Positions 1-9,503 of a stretch of 52,062 bases of DNA are shown in pieces; the first letter of the stretch is position 1; the number at the start of each line of letters is the position of its first letter. A program made the translations under genes and the position numbers. The notes under the pieces are model-generated. The model had not been told where the DNA came from and searched no databases. It saw only the letters and a program-made list of their open reading frames with translations. The DNA comes from a virus. Taxonomy: Duplodnaviria > Heunggongvirae > Uroviricota > Caudoviricetes. The stretch lies in IMG/VR virus record IMGVR_UViG_2531839330_000009. One strand, 5' to 3'.

Positions 1-1254
1 ATGCTGGAACAAATGGGCATTGCCGCGAAGCAAGCCTCGTATAAATTAGCGCAACTCTCCAGCCGCGAAAAAAATCGCGTGCTGGAAAAAATCGCCGATG
101 AACTGGAAGCACAAAGCGAAATCATCCTCAACGCTAACGCCCAGGATGTTGCTGACGCGCGTGCCAATGGCCTTGGCGAAGCGATGCTTGACCGTCTGGC
201 ACTGACGCCCGCACGGCTGAAAGGCATTGCCGATGATGTGCGCCAGGTGTGTAACCTCGCCGATCCGGTGGGGCAGGTAATCGATGGCAGCGTACTGGAC
301 AGCGGCCTGCGTCTTGAGCGTCGTCGCGTACCGCTGGGGGTTATTGGCGTGATTTATGAAGCGCGCCCGAACGTGACGGTTGATGTCGCTTCGCTGTGCC
401 TGAAAACCGGTAATGCGGTGATCCTGCGCGGTGGCAAAGAAACGTGTCGCACTAACGCTGCAACGGTGGCGGTGATTCAGGACGCCCTGAAATCCTGCGG
501 CTTACCGGCGGGTGCCGTGCAGGCGATTGATAATCCTGACCGTGCGCTGGTCAGTGAAATGCTGCGTATGGATAAATACATCGACATGCTGATCCCGCGT
601 GGTGGCGCTGGTTTGCATAAACTGTGCCGTGAACAGTCGACAATCCCGGTGATCACAGGTGGTATAGGCGTATGCCATATTTACGTTGATGAAAGTGTAG
701 AGATCGCTGAAGCATTAAAAGTGATCGTCAACGCGAAAACTCAGCGTCCGAGCACATGTAATACGGTTGAAACGTTGCTGGTGAATAAAAACATCGCCGA
801 TAGCTTCCTGCCCGCATTAAGCAAACAAATGGCGGAAAGCGGCGTGACATTACACGCAGATGCAGCTGCACTGGCGCAGTTGCAGGCAGGCCCTGCGAAG
901 GTGGTTGCTGTTAAAGCCGAAGAGTATGACGATGAGTTTCTGTCATTAGATTTGAACGTCAAAATCGTCAGCGATCTTGACGATGCCATCGCCCATATTC
1001 GTGAACACGGCACACAACACTCCGATGCGATCCTGACCCGCGATATGCGCAACGCCCAGCGTTTTGTTAACGAAGTGGATTCGTCCGCTGTTTACGTTAA
1101 CGCCTCTACGCGTTTTACCGACGGCGGCCAGTTTGGTCTGGGTGCGGAAGTGGCGGTAAGCACACAAAAACTCCACGCGCGTGGCCCAATGGGGCTGGAA
1201 GCACTGACCACTTACAAGTGGATCGGCATTGGTGATTACACCATTCGTGCGTAA
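1..1254 (+). CDS. proA: gamma-glutamyl phosphate reductase
   Basis: 417-aa ORF recognised from memory as near-identical to E. coli ProA; gene order proA-thrW matches E. coli. Confidence 0.95.
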   Translation: MLEQMGIAAKQASYKLAQLSSREKNRVLEKIADELEAQSEIILNANAQDVADARANGLGEAMLDRLALTPARLKGIADDVRQVCNLADPVGQVIDGSVLDSGLRLERRRVPLGVIGVIYEARPNVTVDVASLCLKTGNAVILRGGKETCRTNAATVAVIQDALKSCGLPAGAVQAIDNPDRALVSEMLRMDKYIDMLIPRGGAGLHKLCREQSTIPVITGGIGVCHIYVDESVEIAEALKVIVNAKTQRPSTCNTVETLLVNKNIADSFLPALSKQMAESGVTLHADAAALAQLQAGPAKVVAVKAEEYDDEFLSLDLNVKIVSDLDDAIAHIREHGTQHSDAILTRDMRNAQRFVNEVDSSAVYVNASTRFTDGGQFGLGAEVAVSTQKLHARGPMGLEALTTYKWIGIGDYTIRA

Positions 1255-1368
1255 ATAAAACCGGGTGATGCAAAAGTAGCCATTTGATTCACAAGGCCAT
1301 TGACGCATCGCCCGGTTAGTTTTAACCTTGTCCACCGTGATTCACGTTCGTGAACATGTCCTTTCAGG

Positions 1369-1444
1369 GCCGATATAGCTCAGTTGGTAGAGCAGCGCAT
1401 TCGTAATGCGAAGGTCGTAGGTTCGACTCCTATTATCGGCACCA
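1369..1444 (+). tRNA. thrW: tRNA-Thr (anticodon CGU)
   Basis: 76-nt cloverleaf GCCGATATAGCTCAGTTGG...GGTTCGACTCC...CACCA; anticodon loop TTCGTAA; lies directly after proA. Confidence 0.9.
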
Positions 1445-1445
1445 T
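1399..1445. repeat. attL core: 47-bp direct repeat covering the 3' half of thrW
   Basis: Identical 47 bp ATTCGTAATGCGAAGGTCGTAGGTTCGACTCCTATTATCGGCACCAT recurs at 40857-40903. Confidence 0.8.
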
Positions 1446-1458
1446 TAAAATCAATAAG

Positions 1459-2622
1459 TTACACATCATTAGTACCTTCCTTATTTTTTAACTGGGACAA
1501 ATTTGGGACCGATGGGTTCAGGATCGAGTCTATTTGCCGTGCGTGTTCGGTAAGGTGATTAGGTGCAAGGTGAGCATATCGACGAACCATTTCGATAGAC
1601 TCCCAGCCTCCCATTTCCTGTAACACTGACAACGGGACTCCGGCTTGAACCAGCCAACTTGCCCAGGTGTGTCTCAAGTCGTGAAATCTGAAATCATCAA
1701 TACCAGCCCGTCTCAGCGCCGCTTTCCAGGCTGTGTTTGCGTCATACCGCATCTTCCTTACTGTTGGCGCTTTCGTTCCGTCTGGTTTGGTACAGCTTTC
1801 CTTGTACACAAATACCCAACGGTGATGATTCCCGATTTGTTTTTTCAAAACGCGACATGCAGTATCATTCAGCGCAACGCCAATTGCGCGGTTTGATTTA
1901 CTCTCTTCCGGGTTTATCCATGCCCCCCGGCGCTGCATGTCTATTTGTTGCCATTCAAGGTTGATGATGTTCGAGCGTCTTAAGCCTGTTGCCAGTGCAA
2001 ATTCAACAACAGACTTTAATGGCTCCGGACATTCATCAATCAGCCTTTGTGCTTCATGGGGCTCCAGCCAGCGGATCCGTTTATTCTTTGGTTGAGGCAC
2101 TTTAATAATTGGTGCCTTATCCAGCATTTTCCATTCACGCTCTGCGGCTCTTAGTAGGGCCTTTATAAATGAAAGATGCGTAGCCTTCGTTGCAACGGAC
2201 GCTGGTTTTGGCGTGTATTCTGGAACAGGTTTCCCTTTTTTTCTGCATGCTTCTGCCCTGAGTCTCCAGTTTTCCTCATGACGCCGGTTCGTCATTTTCT
2301 GCATTGCTGAATAAATTTTTGATTCAGTAATGTCTCTTAGTTGCATTCCTGCGAAATGTTGAAGCCAGAATCCGATCCGGCTTTTGTCATCGTCCAGTGA
2401 TTTTTTATGTGCTTTCTCTTCAAGCCACCTGACACACGCTTCCTCGAACGTTATATCAGGTATTTCACCAAGTTTGCTGACCCGCCATGCTTCAGCCTTT
2501 AGCTTGTCATGGAGTTCTGTCGCCTGCCTTTTGTCCTTTGTTCCAAGAGACTGTTTAAATCTTTTACCGTTCGGCAATGTGAAACTGGCGTACCATATTT
2601 CACCTCTGCGGAAGAGTGACAT
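1459..2622 (-). CDS. int: tyrosine integrase (P22 Int-like)
   Basis: 387 aa, MSLFRRGE...; C-terminal HDLRHTWAS...RY catalytic motifs; adjacent to tRNA att site. Confidence 0.9.
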   Translation of the reverse strand: MSLFRRGEIWYASFTLPNGKRFKQSLGTKDKRQATELHDKLKAEAWRVSKLGEIPDITFEEACVRWLEEKAHKKSLDDDKSRIGFWLQHFAGMQLRDITESKIYSAMQKMTNRRHEENWRLRAEACRKKGKPVPEYTPKPASVATKATHLSFIKALLRAAEREWKMLDKAPIIKVPQPKNKRIRWLEPHEAQRLIDECPEPLKSVVEFALATGLRRSNIINLEWQQIDMQRRGAWINPEESKSNRAIGVALNDTACRVLKKQIGNHHRWVFVYKESCTKPDGTKAPTVRKMRYDANTAWKAALRRAGIDDFRFHDLRHTWASWLVQAGVPLSVLQEMGGWESIEMVRRYAHLAPNHLTEHARQIDSILNPSVPNLSQLKNKEGTNDV

Positions 2623-2849
2623 TTTCTTTCCTCTGTTATGCCATCACCCGCGCTCACCTGGACAGTATGCAGCGGAGACTGAAGAGCCGCAATGCAGGCT
2701 TGTCGTGTTGTGAGGTAAGGAGATTTATTCTTAGTGGGATCTTTGCGTGTTGCCTGAAGACGCCCTGTGCGTATCCAGTTAATGGCAGTCGGTCTGGATA
2801 TCTTGAGAAAATGACAGGCCTCATCGAGTGTGAGGCTGTATGGCTCCAT
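2499..2849 (-). CDS. xis: excisionase (P22 Xis-like), 116 aa
   Basis: Internal ATG at 2849 preceded by [38 protein letters not shown]; overlaps int start as in P22. Confidence 0.7.
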   Translation of the reverse strand: MEPYSLTLDEACHFLKISRPTAINWIRTGRLQATRKDPTKNKSPYLTTRQACIAALQSPLHTVQVSAGDGITEERKCHSSAEVKYGTPVSHCRTVKDLNSLLEQRTKGRRQNSMTS

Positions 2850-3154
2850 TATTTCACCTCTTGCTGTGACATTGTTGAAAAATGGATACCAGCTCGTTGC
2901 TGCCAGACGATCCAACCGAGAGTCATATCCCATGCCATGTATTCGTTATCGCCGTTTTTTGCTCTCCGACGATCTACTAAGTCACCGAAACGCTTTTCCA
3001 TGAATAATTCATAAGCTTCGCGTTCATCTGGTTCTACTTCCAGAGATAGGAGTGCGATTTCATAAGCACGGCGCTCAATATCGTCTCGCACGTCAAGGCT
3101 GCTGATACGCTCTTTAATTTCTTTAATCAGTTCTTTGTCGGTAAAAGTGGTCAT
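2849..3154 (-). CDS. hypothetical early protein (YfdT-like)
   Basis: 101-aa ORF, GGAGG RBS, TAATG stop/start coupling to neighbours. Confidence 0.5.
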   Translation of the reverse strand: MTTFTDKELIKEIKERISSLDVRDDIERRAYEIALLSLEVEPDEREAYELFMEKRFGDLVDRRRAKNGDNEYMAWDMTLGWIVWQQRAGIHFSTMSQQEVK

Positions 3155-3516
3155 TATGCTCCAGCCTCCGGTGCTTTTGGCATTACTGCCCAGTGAGTGA
3201 TATTGACGTTTTCAAGGTCCCCGACCTGAAATGTCCACTGCCATTCTCCGGTTTCTTTTTGTCCCCAGGTGTACCAGAGAGAACGCCAACCAATTAGCCA
3301 GCCTTCTCCGTTAGCATCGAATAACAAAACACTTTCATTTGCTGGTGGCAGTTCAGTTGACACTGGTATTACTTTGTTTTCCTGTGCTGCACATTTAGCT
3401 TCAAGCGCATCGAATTTACGCACCAGGTATTCAGCATCTGTTTCATTTACTTTCAGATCTCGCGGTACACATCTCCCACGAAGAAACCCTTCCATTTCGA
3501 AAACATTCATGCGCAT
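3154..3516 (-). CDS. hypothetical early protein (YfdS-like)
   Basis: 120-aa ORF with GGAG RBS, translationally coupled in the early-left operon. Confidence 0.5.
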   Translation of the reverse strand: MRMNVFEMEGFLRGRCVPRDLKVNETDAEYLVRKFDALEAKCAAQENKVIPVSTELPPANESVLLFDANGEGWLIGWRSLWYTWGQKETGEWQWTFQVGDLENVNITHWAVMPKAPEAGA

Positions 3517-4043
3517 TTGCGTAACTCCGATAACTCGTTAAAGCGTTCCATAAACATCCCGTAGGCATGGCCCGGTGCCAGTGGAATCACGTTGAACATC
3601 TCTGTTGCCGGGATACCTTCCAGTACAGGCCAGAAAGAGCCATCATCAAGCCCGAGATCGCGGCGTTCGGTTGCCAGCATGATGAGATCGGCATATTTCA
3701 CGGGCGTACTCATAACTGGGGGTAACCCGTATTTCTCACGGATTACGGCGTCTATTTTTTCTTCCATTTGTTTATAGTCAGGAAGAAGGCGTTTCAGTGG
3801 TGCGGGAATGTCCTGGCAATACGCTTCTGTTGCATCATGCATTAACGCTTCAAAAGCAAATTCCTGCGGCACCAACTGGCTGCAAAGAACCGCATGTTGG
3901 GCGACGCTGTAGAAGTGCGAAAGATGACCGGCAAAGCGACAGATATTTGAAAGGGAAACCGCGATATCGTTAATATCGATGTCGTCTTTATTTATCCTGT
4001 CATAATAAAAATGCTTCCCGGAAAAAGTTTTAATAAATGACAT
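3507..4043 (-). CDS. HD-domain phosphohydrolase (YfdR-like 5'-deoxynucleotidase)
   Basis: 178 aa from internal ATG with GGAGA RBS; H...HD motif (ALMHDATEAY); resembles E. coli KplE1 YfdR from memory. Confidence 0.7.
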   Translation of the reverse strand: MSFIKTFSGKHFYYDRINKDDIDINDIAVSLSNICRFAGHLSHFYSVAQHAVLCSQLVPQEFAFEALMHDATEAYCQDIPAPLKRLLPDYKQMEEKIDAVIREKYGLPPVMSTPVKYADLIMLATERRDLGLDDGSFWPVLEGIPATEMFNVIPLAPGHAYGMFMERFNELSELRKCA

Positions 4044-4170
4044 TTTGTTCTCCACGTATATGCGCTGCACCGCGCTGAATTTTGGTTAAAGAAAACCCTC
4101 GCCATCAGGCGATTATTGAGTTAATTACGTTTCCATAAATGCCCCCGCAGGGGCATTTGCAGTAATGAAA

Positions 4171-4995
4171 TCAGGCGGTGAAAGTACCAATAAAGGTTTC
4201 TACTTTGCTGTCTTTGAATTTTTCAACAAGCAGATTACGAAATTCGTTAGCCATTTCTTCCTGTACTGCTTCCAGCTGAATAATGCGCAGAACCAGTACA
4301 GGGCGATCACCAGTGATAATGCTGAGGCGTAATTTAAACGGACGTTCTTTCAGGCCTTCAAACGGAACGCATTTAAACTCAAATGCTACTGGCATAATGT
4401 CTTTAGTTTTCGCTTCGACAGACTCCATCAGAGAGCGTTTGCCGCTGAAGTCATTGTCTTCAAAATCAGCGGTCTGGTTTGCTTCAATCGTGATTTTACG
4501 GACCGCCGCAGCCGCTTTTGTTGCCTGAATGGCGTCACCATTAGCATCAAAGCCCACAAGGTAGTCGGCCCAGTCTTCAATCCATTCTGCCAGTGACTTC
4601 TGGGAGTTACGCTCGCCGTTAACAGACAACAGGGCAGAGAACGGTGCTGTCTTTTTCAGTTTGAGAGTGGCGGTGTTATCTGCGTGACCTGGTTCATCAA
4701 TAGTACCCAGGTTAAGCACACTGACGGCTCGCATATTATCAGCATCGATAAAGCAGCGGGTGCCTTCATCTGCAAGATCTTTAGAATAACGGGTAAAGTC
4801 ATCGATGCTGGCAGTGGAAAGCGCACCACGGAAACGGAAGCGATTTAAATTAAATTTTTCCAGATCATGAATGCGGAAATTCTCAGGCAATGCCACAGCA
4901 TCGGCACCAATCTTACTGATAATTTCATTAACACCCTGAGCAGAAATAAGGGCATGGATTTGATTAATTGCGGTTGCGTCTAAGTTCTGAGACAT
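4171..4995 (-). CDS. YfdQ-like phage protein
   Basis: 274-aa ORF with good RBS; same size and position as KplE1 yfdQ. Confidence 0.55.
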   Translation of the reverse strand: MSQNLDATAINQIHALISAQGVNEIISKIGADAVALPENFRIHDLEKFNLNRFRFRGALSTASIDDFTRYSKDLADEGTRCFIDADNMRAVSVLNLGTIDEPGHADNTATLKLKKTAPFSALLSVNGERNSQKSLAEWIEDWADYLVGFDANGDAIQATKAAAAVRKITIEANQTADFEDNDFSGKRSLMESVEAKTKDIMPVAFEFKCVPFEGLKERPFKLRLSIITGDRPVLVLRIIQLEAVQEEMANEFRNLLVEKFKDSKVETFIGTFTA

Positions 4996-5060
4996 AATAA
5001 GTCCTCACTATATAAAGATATTCAGTGATGAGATAAATAATCAGTTAATTAAAAACGATA

Positions 5061-5423
5061 TTAACGACCTGCTGCGCGGAGTTTTCCGTCAGGTTCACCG
5101 GCAAGAGTCAGTAACTGTCCCTGGTCTTCCTGCAGAATAGTCAGGCGACCACCGCGATTGACATACATCGGCGTTTCGGTGGTGTCTTCTTCGGAAATTT
5201 TCCCGCGGTTAGTCGGGCGAACATATGAGAGTTTGTGTTTGATTTTCACACGGTTCTCATCAAATGGTTCGATTTCCAGGTTGAGTGAGACCTTACCTTT
5301 GGTTTTCGTGTTCATCACACCGGAAGCGACTTCACTGAGAACTGCGCCGATTTTGGTTTCAAATACGCCGCCGTCCAGCTCCCCGATAAATGCCTGCACA
5401 TCAGTACTGCGTTCGCTAGCCAT
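5061..5423 (-). CDS. YfdP-like hypothetical protein (120 aa)
   Basis: Start at internal ATG (MASERS...) preceded by GAGGAG; the longer track ORF upstream lacks an RBS. Confidence 0.5.
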   Translation of the reverse strand: MASERSTDVQAFIGELDGGVFETKIGAVLSEVASGVMNTKTKGKVSLNLEIEPFDENRVKIKHKLSYVRPTNRGKISEEDTTETPMYVNRGGRLTILQEDQGQLLTLAGEPDGKLRAAGR

Positions 5424-6031
5424 TTTGCTGCTCCTCATCATATCGACCCTGTAAGGTCGGTTAGTTTCTCCACAAAACAGAGAAGAACACCTGCGGTGGC
5501 AGCCGCCCGGATGGATTGGGTTATGAGCCCGTCGTCCGGTGATGCTCTTCTCTGTTTTGTAAAAAGAGCGGTACCAGCCGGAAGCAAGGGTACAAACTGG
5601 TACCGCCAAAGCAGTGGCTGTTGTGGTGGGGTTGTCACTCAGGCGTATGGTCAACCTGACAATCCGGTGTCCTCAACGGGGAAAGAGTAACCCCGCCATA
5701 CTTACCGCCGCGCCATTTCGCGGATTACCACAACGCTGAGAGCACTTAGCCAGTTACGGCACCACACTTTGTCGCGGCTCCATAAATGCCCTCATCGTTG
5801 CACCCTGGTCTCTTCCCAGGCGTCAAACCGAATCGCCACGCTGGTTAGGCGTCTTATCAGCATCATCATTGACTTGCACATTCCGGCTACCTGGTTTGTT
5901 TGCCCGAGCAAGGAGTGGATTGTCCCCTTTAACGTCCCCAGACCGCTAACGACGCATGTGCCATACGCCGTGTTACAACCAAATTTTGTTAGTACCTTGT
6001 TTGTTTGTCTGGAAAGAAAGATAAAATGAAG

Positions 6032-6070
6032 TTGCGCATTATGCAAGTGTTTTTGTTGCGAGATATGCAA
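6032..6070. promoter_or_regulatory. OL-like operator pair (two 15-bp TTGCG-N5-TGCAA dyads) in the putative pL region
   Basis: TTGCGCATTATGCAA (6032-6046) and TTGCGAGATATGCAA (6056-6070); TTGCG half-sites recur at OR. Confidence 0.4.
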
Positions 6071-6084
6071 TTTAAAGGGTAATG

Positions 6085-6105
6085 AAAAGCCACCTTTGGG
6101 TGGCT
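6085..6105 (-). terminator. intrinsic terminator downstream of repressor gene
   Basis: Minus-strand hairpin GCCACC-CAAA-GGTGGC followed by TTTT, 20 bp past the cI-like stop. Confidence 0.55.
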
Positions 6106-6125
6106 AATTGATGAGGAGGTAAGGG

Positions 6126-6818
6126 TTAATTGTGTCGCTTAAGGGTTTGTGACTGGCTGATTAAGACCTTTCCAAAGACCATAAACCGGTGTTCATTTTC
6201 GCTGGTAATTCCCCATTCACGGTAAATCTGGTTATCAGAAATCACCAGTAGTTTGTCAGGTATCATTTGCAGTCGTTTGACATAAATTTTATCATCAAAA
6301 CCAAATACATAGATACCATCTCCATCAAACTGATTGATACTGACATCAACGAAGATGAGATCTCCTGGCTCAATGGTTGGACACATACTGTCCCCACGAA
6401 CGTTGATAACTTTAATGTGATTGGCTGGCCGTCCGCCAAACATCGATACAGCATTATCAGTTCTGTATTCAATGGCATGAATCACATCAATGACATCACC
6501 GCCCTGGATAAGGCCATTTCCCGCACTGGCACTGACATCCAGCATTTCAATACGGAATACATCCTTCACCTGCGCAACATCCTCACTAATACTGTTTTTA
6601 CATACAGTATTACTTTTGACGTCTGAGGTAAAGAGATCAGCAATATCAACACCTAAGCTCCTGGCAATATTACTCAGGGCTTGTTCAGTGAATTGTTTCT
6701 GCTTACCTGTTTCCAGGCGTGAGATATTCGCCGCATCCACTCCTATTGCTTCAGCGAGATCGGCGATTTTCATGTTCTTCGCCTGGCGAAGTTGTCTGAC
6801 TCGGTTTCCTATGTTCAT
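6126..6818 (-). CDS. CI-like prophage repressor (HTH_XRE + S24 LexA-like peptidase domain)
   Basis: N-terminal HTH (MKIADLAEAIGVDAANISRLETGK); C-terminal GDSM...VKRL motif; divergent from cro-like gene; first ATG lacks an SD (possibly leaderless). Confidence 0.85.
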   Translation of the reverse strand: MNIGNRVRQLRQAKNMKIADLAEAIGVDAANISRLETGKQKQFTEQALSNIARSLGVDIADLFTSDVKSNTVCKNSISEDVAQVKDVFRIEMLDVSASAGNGLIQGGDVIDVIHAIEYRTDNAVSMFGGRPANHIKVINVRGDSMCPTIEPGDLIFVDVSINQFDGDGIYVFGFDDKIYVKRLQMIPDKLLVISDNQIYREWGITSENEHRFMVFGKVLISQSQTLKRHN

Positions 6819-6855
6819 GCGTTTATTACATTTCTTTAATGCGCGTTAAGCAAAT

Positions 6856-6905
6856 CAACTTGCGCAAAATATTTGCGTGAAATAATATGCTCATCACGCA
6901 ATATG
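6856..6905. promoter_or_regulatory. OR-like operator/promoter region between repressor and cro-like gene
   Basis: 96-bp divergent intergenic region with palindromic TTGCGCAA and TTGCG...CGCAA inverted half-sites. Confidence 0.45.
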
Positions 6906-6915
6906 TGGAGGTCAT

Positions 6916-7176
6916 ATGCAATCACCATTACGGAATGTGCGTAAGGCGCACGGATTTACTTTGCAGCATGTTGCTGCTGGCGTTCAGGTCAATCCAGCGA
7001 CGCTGAGTCGTATTGAAAGACTGGAACAAATTCCATCTATCGATCTTGCAGAACGTCTGGCCAATTTTTTTAAGGGTGAAATCAGCGAAATGCAGATTCT
7101 TTATCCGGCACGTTTTCAATCTAGCCAAAACCAGAATGGGTTTAAACCACAGGAACAGGAGGTAAGCCGTGGGTAA
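6916..7176 (+). CDS. Cro-like HTH regulator
   Basis: 86 aa, HTH (FTLQHVAAGVQVNPATLSRIE), GGAGG RBS, first gene of rightward operon. Confidence 0.6.
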   Translation: MQSPLRNVRKAHGFTLQHVAAGVQVNPATLSRIERLEQIPSIDLAERLANFFKGEISEMQILYPARFQSSQNQNGFKPQEQEVSRG

Positions 7177-7726
7177 TCATCACTGGAAAGTGGAAAAACA
7201 GCCTGAGTGGTACGTGAAAGCTGTCAGAAAAACTATCGCGGCGTTGCCGGGGGGTTACGCTGAAGCTGCTGAGTGGCTGGATGTAACAGAGAACGCATTA
7301 TTTAACCGCCTTCGTGCCGATGGCGATCAGATTTTCCCGCTGGGATGGGCAATGATTTTACAACGTGCTGGTGGCACTCACTTCATTGCCGACGCTGTGG
7401 CGCAGTCTGCAAATGGCGTCTTTGTGTCTCTTCCTGACGTCGAGGATGTGGACAATGCCGATATTAACCAGCGTTTACTGGAAGTCATTGAACAGATCGG
7501 CAGTTATTCAAAACAGATTCGTTCGGCAATCGAAGACGGTGTAGTGGAACCGCATGAGAAGACAGCAATTAACGACGAGCTGTACCTCTCAATTTCGAAG
7601 CTGCAGGAGCATGCAGCACTTGTCTACAAAATTTTTTGCGTTTCAGAAAGTAATGACGCCCGCGAGTGTGCAGCTCCGGGCGTCGTGGCGTCGATTGCTT
7701 CTGGTTGTGGAGAAACTAACGCATGA
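7169..7726 (+). CDS. CII-like / YdaT-like regulatory protein
   Basis: 185 aa, GTG start with AGGAGG RBS 6 nt upstream; position after cro; family assignment from memory only. Confidence 0.4.
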   Translation: MGNHHWKVEKQPEWYVKAVRKTIAALPGGYAEAAEWLDVTENALFNRLRADGDQIFPLGWAMILQRAGGTHFIADAVAQSANGVFVSLPDVEDVDNADINQRLLEVIEQIGSYSKQIRSAIEDGVVEPHEKTAINDELYLSISKLQEHAALVYKIFCVSESNDARECAAPGVVASIASGCGETNA

Positions 7727-8061
7727 ACAGTTTAACAACACACTACCGTCGCTCGCAACTGATTGCGCTTCCTGTACCGGGTGGAAAAGCGAAGGTAGAG
7801 TATTGCTATGCAGTAAATGTACCAGGTGACAGGGAAATTGTAACCCACAGCTTTGCAGAGTGGGCTGTGGGTGATTTCAACCGGCAGAAGGAGACAGTCC
7901 TTTGCGACAAGTTAACCGCTGGTTCAAAGATCACTACGGAGTGCCCGTCAGAGTCATTCGTTGGGAGCCGGAAACACAACGGGTTATCTACCTCCGTGAA
8001 GGCTATGAGCATGAGTGCTTCAGCCCGCTCGAACAGTTTCGTCGTAAATTCAGGGAAATAG
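7723..8061 (+). CDS. hypothetical protein (possibly frameshifted; see findings)
   Basis: 112-aa ORF; C-terminal third is Ser-rich low complexity while an overlapping frame (7902-8081) looks protein-like. Confidence 0.3.
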   Translation: MNSLTTHYRRSQLIALPVPGGKAKVEYCYAVNVPGDREIVTHSFAEWAVGDFNRQKETVLCDKLTAGSKITTECPSESFVGSRKHNGLSTSVKAMSMSASARSNSFVVNSGK

Positions 8062-8070
8062 AGGTCGGTC

Positions 8071-9012
8071 ATGAGCACTAAATTAACCGGCTATGTATGG
8101 GATGGTTGCGCTGCGTCAGGCATGAAATTATCCAGCGTGGCAATTATGGCCCGCCTGGCTGATTTCAGTAATGACGAAGGTGTGTGCTGGCCATCAATTG
8201 AAACCATTGCCCGTCAGATTGGCGCGGGGATGAGTACCGTCAGAACGGCTATCGCACGGCTGGAAGCAGAAGGCTGGTTAACGCGTAAGGCGCGTCGCCA
8301 GGGTAACCGCAATGCGTCGAATGTTTATCAGCTTAACGTTGCGAAGCTTCAGGCAGCGGCATTTTCTCAACTGTCAGATTCTGACCCGTCAAAATCTGAC
8401 GCATCAAAATCTGACCCGTCAAAATTTGATGCGTCGAAATCTGGCAAAAAAGCGGGTTTTCACCCGTCAGAATCTGGCGGGGATCCGTCAGTAAAATCAA
8501 AACATGATCCGTCAGATAAAAAAACTTCTCGTCCGGACGCTTCGCAACCGGACACGCAGACGGCTGAACAGGAGTTTTTAACTCGCCATCCTGATGCGGT
8601 TGTATTCAGCCCTAAAAAGCGCCAGTGGGGGACGCAGGATGATTTGACCTGCGCACAGTGGCTCTGGAAAAAAATCATCGCCCTGTACGAGCAGGCTGCC
8701 GAATGTGACGGCGAGGTGGTTCGTCCCAAAGAACCGAACTGGACAGCCTGGGCAAACGAAATTCGCCTGATGTGTGTGCAGGATGGTCGTACTCACAAAC
8801 AAATCTGCGAGATGTACAGCCGCGTCAGCCGCGATCCGTTCTGGTGCCGTAACGTGCTCAGCCCGTCGAAGCTGCGGGAAAAATGGGATGAGCTTTCCCT
8901 GCGCTTATCGCCGTCCGTAAGCACGTACACCGAAAAACGCGAAGACCCGTACTTCAAATCCAGTTACGACAACGTGGACTACAGCCAGATCCCGGCAGGA
9001 TTCAGGGGGTGA
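8071..9012 (+). CDS. replication initiation protein (lambda O-like N-terminal domain)
   Basis: 313 aa; position after cro/cII; contains in-gene tandem iterons encoding an SDPSK/SDASK linker. Confidence 0.7.
   Translation: MSTKLTGYVWDGCAASGMKLSSVAIMARLADFSNDEGVCWPSIETIARQIGAGMSTVRTAIARLEAEGWLTRKARRQGNRNASNVYQLNVAKLQAAAFSQLSDSDPSKSDASKSDPSKFDASKSGKKAGFHPSESGGDPSVKSKHDPSDKKTSRPDASQPDTQTAEQEFLTRHPDAVVFSPKKRQWGTQDDLTCAQWLWKKIIALYEQAAECDGEVVRPKEPNWTAWANEIRLMCVQDGRTHKQICEMYSRVSRDPFWCRNVLSPSKLREKWDELSLRLSPSVSTYTEKREDPYFKSSYDNVDYSQIPAGFRG
8371..8525. repeat. putative replication origin: tandem 15-bp iterons plus A-rich tract inside the rep gene
   Basis: At least 5 head-to-tail 15-mers (CCGTCAAAATCTGAC-like) at 8371-8445, 3 more copies to 8520, then GATAAAAAAA. 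Confidence 0.6.
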
Positions 9013-9014
9013 TT

Positions 9015-9503
9015 ATGAGTCTTTTGAATGAAGTTCAGAAATTCATTGAAGCCCATCCGGGGTGTACTTCCGGAGACATTGCGGATGCTTTTGCTGGTTA
9101 CTCACGGCAGCGCGTTCTGCAGTCAGCAAGCAAGTTACGTCAGAGTGGGCGTGTGGCTCACCGTTGTGAAGGGGATACACGCAGACATTTCCCGCGCCTG
9201 ACTGAGAGAGCGCAGGATCCGGAACCACAACCAGTTCGTGAAACCAGACCTGTGCGCAATTTCTATGTCGGCACTAACGACCCGCGGGTGATTTTGTGCC
9301 TGACCCGCCAGGCGGAAGAACTGGAGTCCAGGGGCTTATACCGTCGTGCTGCAACGGTGTGGATGGCGGCATTCCGTGAAAGCCACTCCCAGCCAGAACG
9401 AAACAATTTTCTGGCGCGTCGTGAACGGTGTTTACGGAAAAGCAGTAAGCGGGCTGCATCAGGTGAAGAGTGGTATCTCTCAGGGAATTACGTGGGGGCT
9501 TAA
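9015..9503 (+). CDS. hypothetical protein (tentative PerC-like C-terminal motif)
   Basis: ORF with ATG at 9015 just after rep stop; ...ESRGLYRRAATVWMAAF... resembles PerC-family motif from memory. Confidence 0.3.
   Translation: MSLLNEVQKFIEAHPGCTSGDIADAFAGYSRQRVLQSASKLRQSGRVAHRCEGDTRRHFPRLTERAQDPEPQPVRETRPVRNFYVGTNDPRVILCLTRQAEELESRGLYRRAATVWMAAFRESHSQPERNNFLARRERCLRKSSKRAASGEEWYLSGNYVGA

Noticed and set aside
741-1335. Minus-strand ORFs (741-1052, 946-1335) overlapping proA
   Set aside because: Antisense shadow ORFs inside a well-supported conserved gene; no RBS, unusual composition.
1645-1964. Plus-strand ORFs inside the integrase gene
   Set aside because: Antisense to a full-length integrase with clear catalytic motifs; Cys/Ser-rich low-complexity translations.
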